A DNA stretch of 64,000 nt, taken from the NCBI GenBank assembly GCA_030704615.1, contig CM060731.1, positions 20,274,001-20,338,000 on the forward strand, read 5' to 3'. The notes under the pieces were generated by a model. It saw nothing but the letters and a program-made list of their open reading frames with translations. It did not search any database and was not told the origin of the DNA. Source of the stretch: Takakia lepidozioides (lineage: Eukaryota; Plantae; Bryophyta). Below are positions 33,878 through 46,425 of this stretch, one piece after another (the stretch's first letter is position 1; every line of letters begins with the position of its first letter). A program made the translations under genes and the position numbers.

Positions 33878-36360
33878 ATGGCCGGAAAGGTAGAGGGACC
33901 TGCAATTGGTATTGATCTTGGTACAACATATAGTTGCGGGGGAGCCTGGCAACATAATCGTGTGGATATTATTCCGAATGACCAGGGGAGACGGACTACC
34001 CCTTCCTATGTGGCTTTCACGGTACACCGGACGTCTCATTGGTGACGCAGCAAAGAATCAAGTGGCGTTGAATGCTGAGAATACCGTCTACGGTAGGTTA
34101 CATATTCCAGATCTCCTCCGCTTACATATTGCTGTAAAGATACTAACTGTCTTTGAACTGCCTCAGTCAATCTAACCAAAATGAGATGCATGCGCGTCTG
34201 TTTTTCACGAGCGCGAGTGAGAGGATAGGTGTTATGCCTATGTATGTTGATCTCCAACTATTGTTCAAACATAATCTTGAGGCTGTACTTTTAGAGGCGT
34301 TTCTGCTGCCCTGAGATCTGATCTGTCTAGAGCTAATACTACCTCGATTGCACTCTAAAGACTGGCTGGCCAGCTACAATGGTTTTTGGCAAATTCGGTT
34401 ATAATGAACATTAGAAGTAAGGAACGTCAGGGCGCTTGTCGAAGTGACTGCACTCGTCTCTTTCAAAATGCTACTATGCATTCACAAAATGTTCTTAATT
34501 GACTCAAAATTTCAAAAGCGTGCAAGCTTACAAGTGTGAACATCTGTACCTGGTTTCCTGATTTTCGACATGTTTTGTACAGATGTAAAACGTTTGATTG
34601 GGAGGCGCTTCAGCGATCCGACCGTTCAAAGCGACATGAAGTTGTGGCCATTTAGTGTTATCAAAGGGCCCAACGATAAGCCCATGATTGAACTCATCTG
34701 CAAGGGCGAGAAGAAACAGTTTGCTGCTGAGGAGATTTCTTCTATGGTACTAACGAAGATGAGAGAGATTGCTGAAGCATTCCTAGGGAGGAGTATCACT
34801 CAAGCCGTGGTCACAGTCCCTGCCTACTTCAATGATTCTCAGAGGCAGGCGACAAAAGATGCGGGTGTCATTGCTGGCCTGAACGTGCTTCGCATTATCA
34901 ATGAGCCGACGGCTGCAGCTATAGCGTATGGTCTCGACAAGAAAACGGTAGGAGGAGAGAAAAATATTCTCATTTTTTATCTTGGTGGAGGTACCTTCGA
35001 TGTTTCCTTGACAAGGGAATCTTCGAGGTGAAGGCCACAGCGGGAGACACTCATCTCGGTGGTGAAGATTTTGACAGCCGGCTGGTGAACCACTTCGTCC
35101 ACGATTTCAAGCGAAAGTACCATAAAGACATAAGTGGAAATGCCAGAGCTTTGCGTCGCCTCCGCACAGCCTGCGAGCGGGCGAAAAGAGCGCTTTCATC
35201 GACCGCTCGAACCACCATTGAAATCGACTCTTTGTATGAAGGCGTTGATTTTTACTCCACGATCACCAGTGCCAGATTCGAGGAGCTCTGCTTTTGATTT
35301 GTTTAGAAAGTGCATGGAGCCTGTGGAGAAGTGTCTGAGGGATGCAAAGATGGATAAAGGCCATGTCAGGGAAGTCGTGTTGGTGGGAGGTTCTACTCGT
35401 ATTCCCAAGGTTCAAAACCTGCTCCAAGAGTTCTTCAATGGGAAGGAACTGTGCAAGAGCATCAACCCTGATGAGGCAGTAGACTACGGCGCTGCTGTAC
35501 AAGCTGCTATTTTGACTGGAACAGGAAATGCGGAAGTGTCTGACCTTTTGTTGCTAGATGTTGCTCCCCTCAGTCTTGGTGTCGAAACTGCTGGTGGTGT
35601 CATGACTACGTTGATTCCCAGGAATACCACTATTCCCACGAAAAAGGAGAAATTGTTCTCAACTTACTCAGATAATCAGCCTCGCATGCTTATTCAGGTT
35701 TACGAAGGGGAGAAGGTCAGAACTAGGAATAATAATCTTCTGGGGAAGTTTGAACTGTCAGGGATCCTACCCGCTCCCAGGACTGTACCGCAAGTCAACG
35801 TCTCCTTTGATATTGATGCCAATGGCATCTTGAATGTAGCAGCGGAAGATAAGACTGCTGGTGTGAAGAACAACATCACCATCGCAAGAGACAAGGGAAG
35901 ATTAAGCAAGGAGGACATCGACAAGATGGTGCAGGATGCGGAGACATACAAGTCTAAAGATGATGAAGGCCAAAAACGCCCTTGGTGTAAGACCTGGTTT
36001 GCAGTGGCTTGCATTCACCTCTTCAAGGTGGAGGCCAAAAACGCCCTTGAGAATTTTGCTTACAACATGAGGAACACAATTAGAGACGAGAAAGTGGCTG
36101 GCAAGTTCAGCAGTTCTGACAAGGAATCGATTGAGAAGGCGGTCCATGACACCGTAGAGTGGTTGGATCACAACCAACTCGCTGAGGTGGATGAACTCGA
36201 AGACAGACTGAAGGAGTTAGAAAACATATCCAACCCGATTATATCCCGGATGTATCAGGGAGGTGGGGGCGGTGTAGGCCCAGAAGCCAACTGTGGAAGC
36301 TGTGGCGGCTCTGCAGATACATCCAGTGGGCGAGACCCTCTTATTGAAGATGTCGATTAA
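33878..36360 (+). pseudogene. HSP70: Cytosolic HSP70, disrupted
   Basis: [45 protein letters not shown]-terminal IEDVD. One intron at ~34093-34582. Frameshifts near 34023, 35012 and 35293. DLGGGT changed to YLGGGT. Insertion at ~35966-36030. Confidence 0.92.
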
Positions 36361-37647
36361 GCCATTGCCAGTGGAACGTTTCCAAATCTTCAGTTCGCAG
36401 GCTTTCTGGCTAGTGTCTCAATATCATACTTAATAGAACGTTTGATCCTCTCATCGTCAGTGCTGAAATGAAGGTCTTGCAGGTTTCTCCCAGATGTAAG
36501 GGAGGTTCCGGACGTGCCAACAAAACCAAAGTTCATGACACCGTGTCACTCTACAGCAATTGTAAGAAATAAGATTTATCAAGTCTCGTTATGATATCCT
36601 TGTCTCTTACTTTGCTGGTTGTGCAATGCTCATTTTGGGCACATTGCAGCTCGCTCCCTATCGGAAACGTTCCAAGGTTTAGAACGAGGCTCCATTCCAA
36701 GTGAGCTACCATGGTGATAAATGGGTTGGCAGACTATCCAAGTTGGAGTCTAAGCATTAGAGGTGTTCACACAACCTTGAGGATCTGACTTGGAAGAGAT
36801 GTGTTACAGTGCCTTCTAGGAATGGCTGCAGATGTTAGTGTGAAATGTCTCCTTGAGCACTGGAGGTGGAGAGAGTGACAGCTTCGACATCAGCTAATTG
36901 TAGATGCGTTTTGACCGATGATAGGATCTTATCGAACGATATAGAACCCCTACTCGTGAGCGGAATGTAGCGAGGTTGTAATGAGGTGAGAGGAGTGTCT
37001 ACAGGATAGTTTTACACCTCAGTGCAATTGTCTACAGCGCAGGGTTTCTACTAAAAGGTTGACTAGGGGGCCTGGCACAGGAGTTTGTTGGGACTGCATC
37101 GTTCGAGGAGAAGAAGAAGAGGCACAGACTAAAGATGAAGAAGGAGAGAAGCTGTGTGGCTCCCTCCACGGATGCTTCCGGCCTTCTGAAGAGAGTAGCT
37201 ACTTACGAATCCCATGGTCATCAACATCATTTTAGCGTGAGAAAAAGAGCTCGGGATTGCGGACAGTGTTGTGGTAGTTGAGCAATATCAGCAGCGGCAC
37301 CTCTCTATACCATGGATTTGTGATTTGTTTTCAGCTGCTGCACAACAGTTATCCTGGCTGCGGTAGTCCCCTGGGGCGAGCGTATGAAAGCTGTATTCCG
37401 TCTGAGAAGTAGCTTCCGGTAGATGTCCTCTCGACGATCTATCAGCTTGGCCCAACTCTATTTGCGTAAGGGAGGCAATTACTGATTGTTTGTCTCTTAG
37501 TTTCCTTCTTAGCCCGTAGTTGTTCCTGAAGAAGAGGGCGTGACTCATCCTGAAGTATATAGTGTCTAAATAAGAAAAAAGACTATGGGACAAAGTACAC
37601 ATAGCAAACCACTTCAAGGAAATAGTGGATGCCTATGTGGCACATCT

Positions 37648-38863
37648 CAACCAAGTTGGTAATGGGCACATACCACCTCGGAAGTGGTTGTGGGTTCAAT
37701 CCACCGATTGGTGTCACAAAGGTGTCCACCTTCATAGCGGAAGGTAATAACCCTTCGGGTGAAGGGACACCATAATTTTATTTTTATTTTTGTTTTTATT
37801 ACATAACAGGGGACAGTGGCCCTGTAAGTTTTATTGATAAGGTAAGGAAAAAATAACCTTACAAAGAAAGCCATAAGGCTGATGATTGAGGTACCACTCC
37901 GATCAAAAACTACGAAGGGAGAACAAGGGAAGAGAAGTGACCAGAGAAGAGATGTAACCAAAGAGAGAGGGAGGTAGAAGCCTAGAAGAGGCAGGATAAT
38001 ACATATCCCTTAACGCAGCCAGAGCAGCCTGCAATAAACTTCAATGGCCCAAACTACAATTGACCCTGAATGCTAGCAGAAAGTCCATAAAGAACTAAGA
38101 GCTATCCCTCTTTCTTTTCTGGTTCTCAAAAGATAAATGAAGCTTTGATTTCCCCTTTCCGAGGCTTCTTTTGCTTCTGCCCTTTGACCTCAATGTCACC
38201 AGCCAAGGTTGGGGAGACTCTTTCACTGACGGAGCTGCCAGCAGGGTGGGAGGCTACCTGCCCATTGGACTTTGGAATCCGAAATTCTCCTGCAGAAAAT
38301 CCCTCTTTTTCCCCACGAGCTGTTGAAGCAAGAGAGCAGTTGGTTCCTCCTCCTTGTCCCGCATTTTGGCAGAGCTGTAACAATAGTCAACCAACACTTA
38401 CGAGCCTCGGACATCAAGTCTGAGTGAGCCATTTGCAAAGCCTTATGTAAGCAGGGCAAACAATTTTGAAACAGCACTGAGCATCTCATCTTCCAAATCT
38501 GCCATAAAATTGTACCTCTCAAAGTTTCCCATACAGGGCGAGCAGAACTTTGAGCCATTTTTAATATTCAGAAGAAGAGCAGGTGCAGAGAAAGAGAGAT
38601 TGGAATTCCAATTAGAGTAAAGGGTTTGGGCTTTCAAGGACCAGACAGCTTGTGCAAAGGGACATAGCACTAAGCAATGCTCAATGTCTTCCGGGTTATT
38701 GAGGTTACAAAGCGCATAGGTAGAGGGAGGATCTGAGATAGAAGCGCCAACAGGCACAATTCTATTTACAATCTTCCGGAGGAAGCCCGAAATTTTTGCT
38801 GGCCGCTTAATTTACGCTTTCTTGGGGAGGCATCATATATTATTATTATTATTATTATTATTA
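37648..38863 (+). mobile_element. tRNA-derived SINE (~180 bp net), split by a LINE insertion
   Basis: A-box-like caagttggt, B-box ggttcaatcc, (tta)n tail, 10-bp TSD tggcacatct at 37638-37647 and 38864-38873. Confidence 0.8.
37779..38807 (-). mobile_element. 5'-truncated L1-like LINE (zf-RVT end of ORF2, 3'UTR, A-rich tail)
   Basis: PAKISGFLRKIVNRIVPVG..LC..EDIEHCLVLCPFAQAVW..ILWQIWKMRC. A-rich tail at 37779-37800. TSD-like taattt on both sides. Confidence 0.85.
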
Positions 38864-39359
38864 TGGCACATCTGATGTGACAAATTTTTATTCATTTTTT
38901 GTGTTAACTCAAGTATGTTGTTTATTTTTAGCATAGGGTAAAGGACCCGTCCAATATGACAAATGCGTCACTCCGACAATTTTGGTAGGTACCAACATAC
39001 AATACATCTTTCCAGTTGTTTCGATTATCCTAAAACAGCCAGTCTCTTGTAATATCTTGTAATATCACTGACATCACCTGGACCTCCTTGATTAACACGT
39101 TGGGACAATGTGCCCATTAACACCTAACAACCACCTGACTCAAGAATTTGTTTCTTCGGTCAGCTTGAAGGCATGAACACTTGGCTTCCATGAGTGTTAG
39201 AGACAAGAATCAAAGTACGCGAATACTTGTATGTGGCAAAAAATGAGAGAGTTCGGCATTTCCATGTGCCACATTGCCTTGCTTACACACTAGTATCCTG
39301 AGTTGTTGCTTCTCTCAACAATTTAAGGAAACAATGTGTACTCTGATGGATCTCCTCAC

Positions 39360-39720
39360 AAACCAATCCGAGATCACTAAACTACAAACACAAACAACAC
39401 ACTTAAATTGGATTAATGGTCCGTTGAATCCTCTATGGTTGAAAGATCATGAAACAAAGTCAAAGACAACACAATGAGGGTACCTTCTTTAAAACACATT
39501 CCAACTTGATTTGCCTTCTTATCAAAATTGTCTCTAATTTTCCATGTTGAATTCTGCAAGTAAGCTTGTTGAGTGGAATATCTATGATGGTTTGGAGTAG
39601 TTTTAACATGACACTACTAATGTGGCAACAAGAAAATATCCAAAAACAGACGAGGATAAACTCTGGAATGAAATTTTTTCGGACCCCAACTGGTGGTGGG
39701 ACAATCGAGGCGTAAAGATG
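39360..39720 (+). pseudogene. Relic of a gene with OSB-type PDF motifs
   Basis: NPRSLNYKHK, then a frameshift, then WINGPLNPLWL (second half of one motif). DKLWNEIFSDPNWWWDNRGVK is the first half of another. Confidence 0.6.
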
Positions 39721-40378
39721 AATTGTCTGTTAGATTACAAAGAGAGGCAGATAGTGAGATTGCGGTGGGCTTTGAAAAAACGAAATGTGGGCATGAAATG
39801 GGACTGTCCAAATGTAAGCAAAGAGACTCCTGCAAGACAGGATGCCACAAGTGGACTTAGAAAAGATGAAGACATACATAGCATGTTCAAGGGTAAGCAA
39901 CATATTAAAATATGCAAACATTGAATGGACAAAGAAATGCACGACTTACAAGAAAAACCTGAATCAACGTCCTTGTCATCCGGGTCGCTCAGATCAACCT
40001 CCACAATAGCCTATGCCTACATGGCCGAGGAGGAATCCTCATGGAGCGGATCGATGAATTTGGCAAAGAGGTTGAAAGTGCCAAAAAGTGCCAAAAAGTG
40101 CCAAAAAGTGCCTACCGCTGCCCTGCACGCGTGGAATGAAGCACCTACAAGAGTTAAGTCTAAAGTCAGAACTCCTTCACATGGCAGGAGTGGACCCTGA
40201 TGAGACAAAATGCCTCGAACTAACAAATCTGCACAACAATGCACACAAAGAGTGAGAAGAAGATTTTACCTTATAGCAATGGCAAACAAGGAATAGAACG
40301 CAATAGGGAAGTGTCATGTGTGTGCCTTCTTCTAACTGGGATAATCTCCCTTGTCAGATAGAGGCTATTGACATAGTT

Positions 40379-40660
40379 CTAGGTTTCGATAATGCGGAGC
40401 CCAGCCTTCTTGACGTGACTTCCAAGCTCCTGACCGGAGTGTGTGTTTGCAGATTGCATGATGACTAGAGCCCCAACATCAGAAAGGAAAAACTTGGCCC
40501 AACTCCAGTATCGTTCATCACGAGCATTCCAACTGGGCACAACATCTGCCGGTGTGATGTCAGAAACTGACAAACCATCTGGGTAATCACGAATGATGAG
40601 GTCCGCCACAAAGGGCTTTTGAACACCATTCATCCAAGACTGACGTTTGTTTGCCTGCGA
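40379..40660 (-). pseudogene. Exon fragment resembling the start of an N4/N6 (amino) DNA methyltransferase fold
   Basis: ADLIIRDYPDG...WAKFFLSDVGALVIM resembles DLIxxDPPY...xxLKxxGxLxI. It follows a cag acceptor and is truncated. Confidence 0.35.
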
Positions 40661-41223
40661 AAACAACGACATACATCAAATGAAATTAAGAGAAAGATCA
40701 AGTCATGGCCGAATCAAAAACTATGAAGCAAATTTAATGCCGGAAGACAGAATACCAAAGTGAGGAAGGAGCAGAGATTGTCCCAAGTGGGAGATCGTTC
40801 ACCCGCGGAATCAGATTTTCGAGACTCATCATGGAGAGAAATCTCGTTCATGGTGGGGCGGTCGAGGGTTGCCCCATCTCTGTCTGAAGTGCACGTTGAA
40901 TGCTAACACAGGAGTAGGATTCCAAAAATCTTCTTCTCCATCTAAGAATGCTTCTCAGAAAGAAGAAGCATTCTTCTTCTCCACCCAGGAGTAGGATTCA
41001 TGAGCCCTTGAAGATTCAGCATGGAGATGTGTATGGAGATTCTTGCACGGAGCTGTACCTATAGCTCTTGCACCAAGATTCTCAAGGTGAGCATGGAGGT
41101 GATCCCTTCAACGGAGATGATACTGCCTCCAAAGCGCATACTATCGTCCTTCTCTTGTTTGTAAACCATGTCTTTTCACCCTCACATTTGAAGCCACACT
41201 CTCTTTCATGCATCTTACCTGTT

Positions 41224-44200
41224 TCACCAGTATTCCCCACAAGAACACACCCCATCTTGGAAGTGGTGAAAGCGGTTGGCATCCCGTACAATGATTGCTC
41301 GCCCCACAATCTTTGAGATGAACTTGGTGGCCATGTGGCAGTCACCACACACTCGAAGATTCTTGATGATGCGGAAAGATGTCCCAGGCGTTGTGCTGAT
41401 GACCCCAAACGCAATGGCCAGCTTCTCACTATGGTGGGAAAGATAAAATTCTTTTTGCTTCTCCTCCACATCATGCAATACAAAGCGTGTGTCAGGCATG
41501 TACCCAGCTTCCTTCATCTGCCCAGACAATCGTTTCAACTCAGAAACAATTTCCCCAATTTGTTCATGCACTTTGTCATCTGCAAGGAATGTATGCACCT
41601 GATTGTTGACCTCAATGGAGGAGCAACCTGGGTCCTTTCTGACACCTCTGTCCTTCATCATTTTTCTCACCCTTGCAGTATCGTCCCACCTGCCAGCTGC
41701 AGCATATATATTTGATAGCAGCACATAAGTTGCAGCATCCTGTGGATCGCTACTGAGAAGGCATTTTGCTGCACGTTCTGCCACCTCCACATTGCCATGA
41801 ACCCTGCAGGCACCAAGTAAGGCACCCCACACTGCAACATCTGGTTCCATTGGCATGTTGTTAAGTAATTCCTCTGCCTCATCCAATCGCCCAGCTCGGC
41901 CAAGAAGGTCCACCATGCAGCCAAAATGCTCCACTGTAGGAGTGAGGCCATGATCTTGACACATGGAATGAAAGTAGCGACACCCTTCATCCACCAAACC
42001 TACATGGCTACAAGCAGAGAGAATGCACATAAAGGTGATGCCATCCGGCTTCAAGCCTTCCTGCTGCATTTCTTCAAATACTCGCAGGGCTTCCATACCA
42101 CACCCATGTTGAGCATAACCTGAGATCATCGCGTTCCATGAGACCACATTTCGTCGAGCCATATTACCAAACACTCGACGTGCATCCTTCATGCTCCCGC
42201 ATTTGGCATACATGTTAGCAAGAGCAGTCTCCAGAATGACATGTGGTGTAATTCCAGCTTTGATGATGTCAGCATGGACCTCTTTGCCCTTTTCCAGGGC
42301 TGCCAGGCTGGCACATGCCTTGAGAACGGAAATGAATGTGACCCTGCTGGGCAATACCCCTTCCCGAATCATCTGTTCATAGGTCTCAAAAGCCTCCCTA
42401 CCACACCCATTCTGAGCATATCCTGTGATCATTGCACTCCATGAGACTACATCCGGCTTCAAGCCTTCCTGTTGCATTTCTGCAAATAGTTGCAGGGCTT
42501 CCGTGGCATACCCATGCTGGGCATATCCTGCTATCATTGAGCTCCATGAAACCACATTTCGTTGCGCCATATTTTTGAACACTTCATGTGCATCCTTTAG
42601 GCTCCCACATTTGGCATACATGTTGACAAGGGCAGTCTCCAGAATGATATTTGGCGCAATTCCAGCTTTTATGATGTCAGCATGGACATCCTTGCCCTTT
42701 TCTTGGGCTCCCAGGCTAGCACAGGCATTCAGGACACAAACGAACGTGACCTTGTTGGGCATCACCCCTTCCCGTATCATTTGCTTGTAGGTCTCAAAAG
42801 CCTCCCCACCACACCCATGCTGGGCATATCCTGCAAGCATTGCATTCCACGACACCACATCTCGCTTAGCCATATTGTCAAACACTTCACGTGCGTGCTT
42901 GATGCTCCCGCATTTGCCATACATGTTAACGAGGGTATTCTCCAAGATGATATCTGGCGAAACTTCAGCTTTACTGATGTCTGCATGGACCTCTCGGCCC
43001 TTTTCCAGAGAACCCATTGTTGCACACGCCTTGAGGACGCAAATGAACGTGACCCTGTTGGGCATCACATCTGTCTGTATCATTTGCTCATAGATCTCTA
43101 AGGCCTCCCTACCATACCCATGCTTGGCATACCCTTCTATCATTAGAGTCCAAGTAAAGACATCTCGTTCAGGCAATTTGTCAAACACCCAACGCGCATC
43201 CACCACACTTCCACACTTCACATACATGTTTACAAGGGCATTGAGTAGAAAGATGTTCGGTTTATATCCACTTCGAAGAATGTGGGAGTGGACCTGCTTT
43301 CCCTCTGCTAGACCTTTGATTTTGTTGCACTCCCGCAACAGAGAGATGTAACTATTGGAGTCTGCGGAAATGCCTCCTTGGCTCAAAATGCCCAGCGCAT
43401 CTTTCAGTTGCTCTGTCTTACATATTGTCCTGATATCTCCACGCGAGCCATAGGAGTTCTTGTTGACTCCCTCTCTTGCCCCTTTTACAAAAGTGGTGGT
43501 CATAGCAGTGGAGAGGTCTGATTCAAACAACTGTGCCTCAGTCAAACCTGCCGTCCTGCAGGATTCCAAGATTTCACTTCAAACCTTGAAACCCAAATTC
43601 ACATAATGTCGCCAAGCTGCTACATACACCCCAAAGAAGATCTCTTCATTGAGACAGGCTCCTTCTGTGTTGGTAACCCTTCCACATCACAGAAAGGAGG
43701 TCCACAGTTGGCAGCAAGCGTTACACAGACACTACATGCAATATAATTACTGCCCTTTCATGCAGCACTTCTCTGCAAAGGGACAGAAGTTACTATCCCT
43801 TTCTCTGAAAGCATAAGAACTCTCCTCCCTGGAATATTCCATGGGTGGGTCACTGCTCCCATGATGAAAATTATAATAACAGTATTTTGCAGAACACCCC
43901 ATGCAACTATCAGAGAAAGATCGGAATTCACAATCCTGAGGTGTGAACCTCTGGGCACGATGTAATGATGCTTGAGACTGCTATAATAGAATGCCAGCAG
44001 AAAGGGTCTGAAAAATTAAAGACAGAAGAAATTGTCTTACTCGAAGCACCCTGATGATCCCTCTCCACCAGGACCCATGGCAAAAATTCGCCCAGCTGCT
44101 TCCAGCTTCTCTGATAGACCACCTACCCACACAGGACTCTTGTTGGTGTTAATCCTCAATGTCTCATTGGTGCTCTTGTGCTTCAAATCCGGTCCCCTAG

Positions 44201-45410
44201 GATGGATCTGCACCCACACTCCATCCCTTCCTCCTTCGATAATCCCTGCCTCCACGACAAAAAGAATGGAGCCTTCCCCTCGTCACAAGTAGTTGGCAAG
44301 TTGAGCCCATAAATTAGAGAGCAAACACCCTAAATCTACCTGCCAGATAAGTAGTTATCCTGAGGTTTGTTTTCTTTGTAAGTGTGTGTGAGAGAGAGAG
44401 GGTGACGACAGTGTCTGCGTGTCCTTGCAGCAGACAGAAAAGTAGGCACAATTGTCATAGTGCTCACACACTGTCAACGAAACAATCAGAATGCAGGGGA
44501 TTGAGTGTTAATGTGAGGGTGCTGGATGGTACAAAGCATGATGATCAGAGCAGCACAGCTTCCACCTTATCATTGCAACACTGTTCCCCTGTCCCTAATC
44601 CTCTGTAAAGCATGAGCTTGTTCCTCTAGCCCTGTAGGTTGCAAGAGATGTCATACATGTGGATTTCCAGTCACAGGGAATTGTGTGTAGATTAATACGC
44701 TGACATTACTCATGTACTAAAAAAGTACAAGGTTGTTCCAGCCCTGCTCCCTAGCCCTCTAGAGATGACAGATGCTGATGTTATGCACTGCCAGTCACAG
44801 TATTGAGGAGAAAGGGCCCATAGAAGGAGAGGAAAGGTAAGAGGGTGTGGGCTATGCACTGAAGTTATTCAATCATCTTGTTGTCTGCGTTTGCTATAAA
44901 GTAACAGGTATTCACCTTATTGTGTTGATTGTCCCACCATTGAACCAGGTTTGAAAAATATTCGCTCCAAAGCTTCTCCCTGTATGTACTTGGGATTTGT
45001 GGATATTTCCCTTGGATGACAACTTCTCTGCAGCATATAACCGTGCATGGACATTGCCACTCATTTTTCTCCACTGCCAGGTAGCCTCCAAGCTCATCTG
45101 CCTGCACTACTGTGCACTGCCCCCCAAATGGCTTGAAACTGTTGACGAATCTCAATGCAATATGGTTTGGAAAATCCAGAGGAGCAAACAAAGTGTACAA
45201 CCCACACTTTCTTGAAGTTTTAGGTCCAGTGCAAAGGTTGAATGCAGTGGGTTGGGGCGGTTTGTGAGGGTACCCCGAGATACCTAAAAAACATATGGAG
45301 AAGACAGGCATATACCCCACGGGTGCCATGCATGCTGGATGTGCTAGCCTGGCTGCCCCTCCTCGGAATCTATAGCAGAAAGCTTTAGAAATTTCTCTTA
45401 AGTGGCCCAT
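41224..45410 (-). CDS. PPR2: transit peptide + PDF (OSB-like) motif + PLS PPR-E-DYW protein, ends EYW; 3 coding exons
   Basis: Exons 45410-44916, 44207-44041 and 43555-41224 are joined by GT-AG introns (phase 0, phase 2) in frame. 15 PPR motifs, KDPGCSSIEV, HSEKLA, CGDCH, CSCGEYW. Confidence 0.88.
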
Positions 45411-46425
45411 CTCTTCTCCTTCTCCAACTCTTGTGGCAAAAAGAGATTCGGGTGGTATCAAATCAACCAGAACGTACAGTCACCCCGGCATCACGAAGAA
45501 GAAGAGAGAAGGGCCTTGCTACTTGGAGGAACAAGAGCACTGTCGAATCATTACGTAGCAGACAGGACAAGAGACCCCATTCCAGGGCTATTAACTACTT
45601 ATGTGGCTCTGAACATCACATTTGTTTAGTACCTCTACACCACCAAAGCTCAGGAGGTCACGGCTTAGAGATTCAATCCGCAAGACAACACTGTCGAGTC
45701 CATTTACTCATCATTACTGTCAATCACACATGTAAAACTGTTGCCCCGCGCACATGCACGGCCTAGGTCTTGGCTTCCCGGGCTGCCGCATGGGCCCCTC
45801 ACATCTTCGTCCCAACGTTGAACATTGTAAAACAGGGCCTTTCTTTCTCACTACGAAAATTTGCACGTAGATTCCCGCGCAATTTGTGCACGCATATTTC
45901 CAAGCACCCAACAGCAGCTCGACACACTCTTCACTGTGAAACCCCCTTCATGCAACTCCGACAGCGAAGAAGTCCCAGGATAAAGAATGGGATTGCGGAC
46001 CCTTAGGGAGGAACAAAGAGGTGAGGGCAGTATCATGAAGAGGATGTATGGCAAGTAAGGTTGAATTTCTTCAAAACCAGAGACTCTTTTCTATCCAAGA
46101 AAGAGTTTGAAGGGGCAATGAAGAATCACTGCATATGCTAGAAGATGAAAGGATCGCGTCACCGCAATCTTTGATGACCGGATCAGGGTTGTCAGTTGCA
46201 CAACCACTGAATGCCCCCACGCTCGACTTTTTAAGAGAAATTGACATAAAGAAATTTTATGAGTGGAAAGGCCCAAGAGACACAAGTAGAACAACGGTGT
46301 TGGCGAGACTGAAGAGTGTCCAGTCTCGCCTCCTAAGAAGCTAGGAACCACATAGACATCAAGGTAAACCCATGCCACCTACACTGTTTGGCATTGCGGA
46401 CTCCGAGAAAACAGAGGGCGCGAAT

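Noticed and set aside
35134-36360. 408-aa ORF as a functional truncated HSP70
   Set aside because: Its N-terminus is off-frame sequence upstream of a frameshift; it is part of the pseudogene.
36800-37620. Possible decayed RPW8/NB-ARC-like pseudogene
   Set aside because: Only a vague resemblance with many stops and no recognisable P-loop; cannot be supported.
37648-37720. tRNA gene
   Set aside because: Has A/B-box-like motifs but no convincing cloverleaf; the TSD and tail indicate a SINE.
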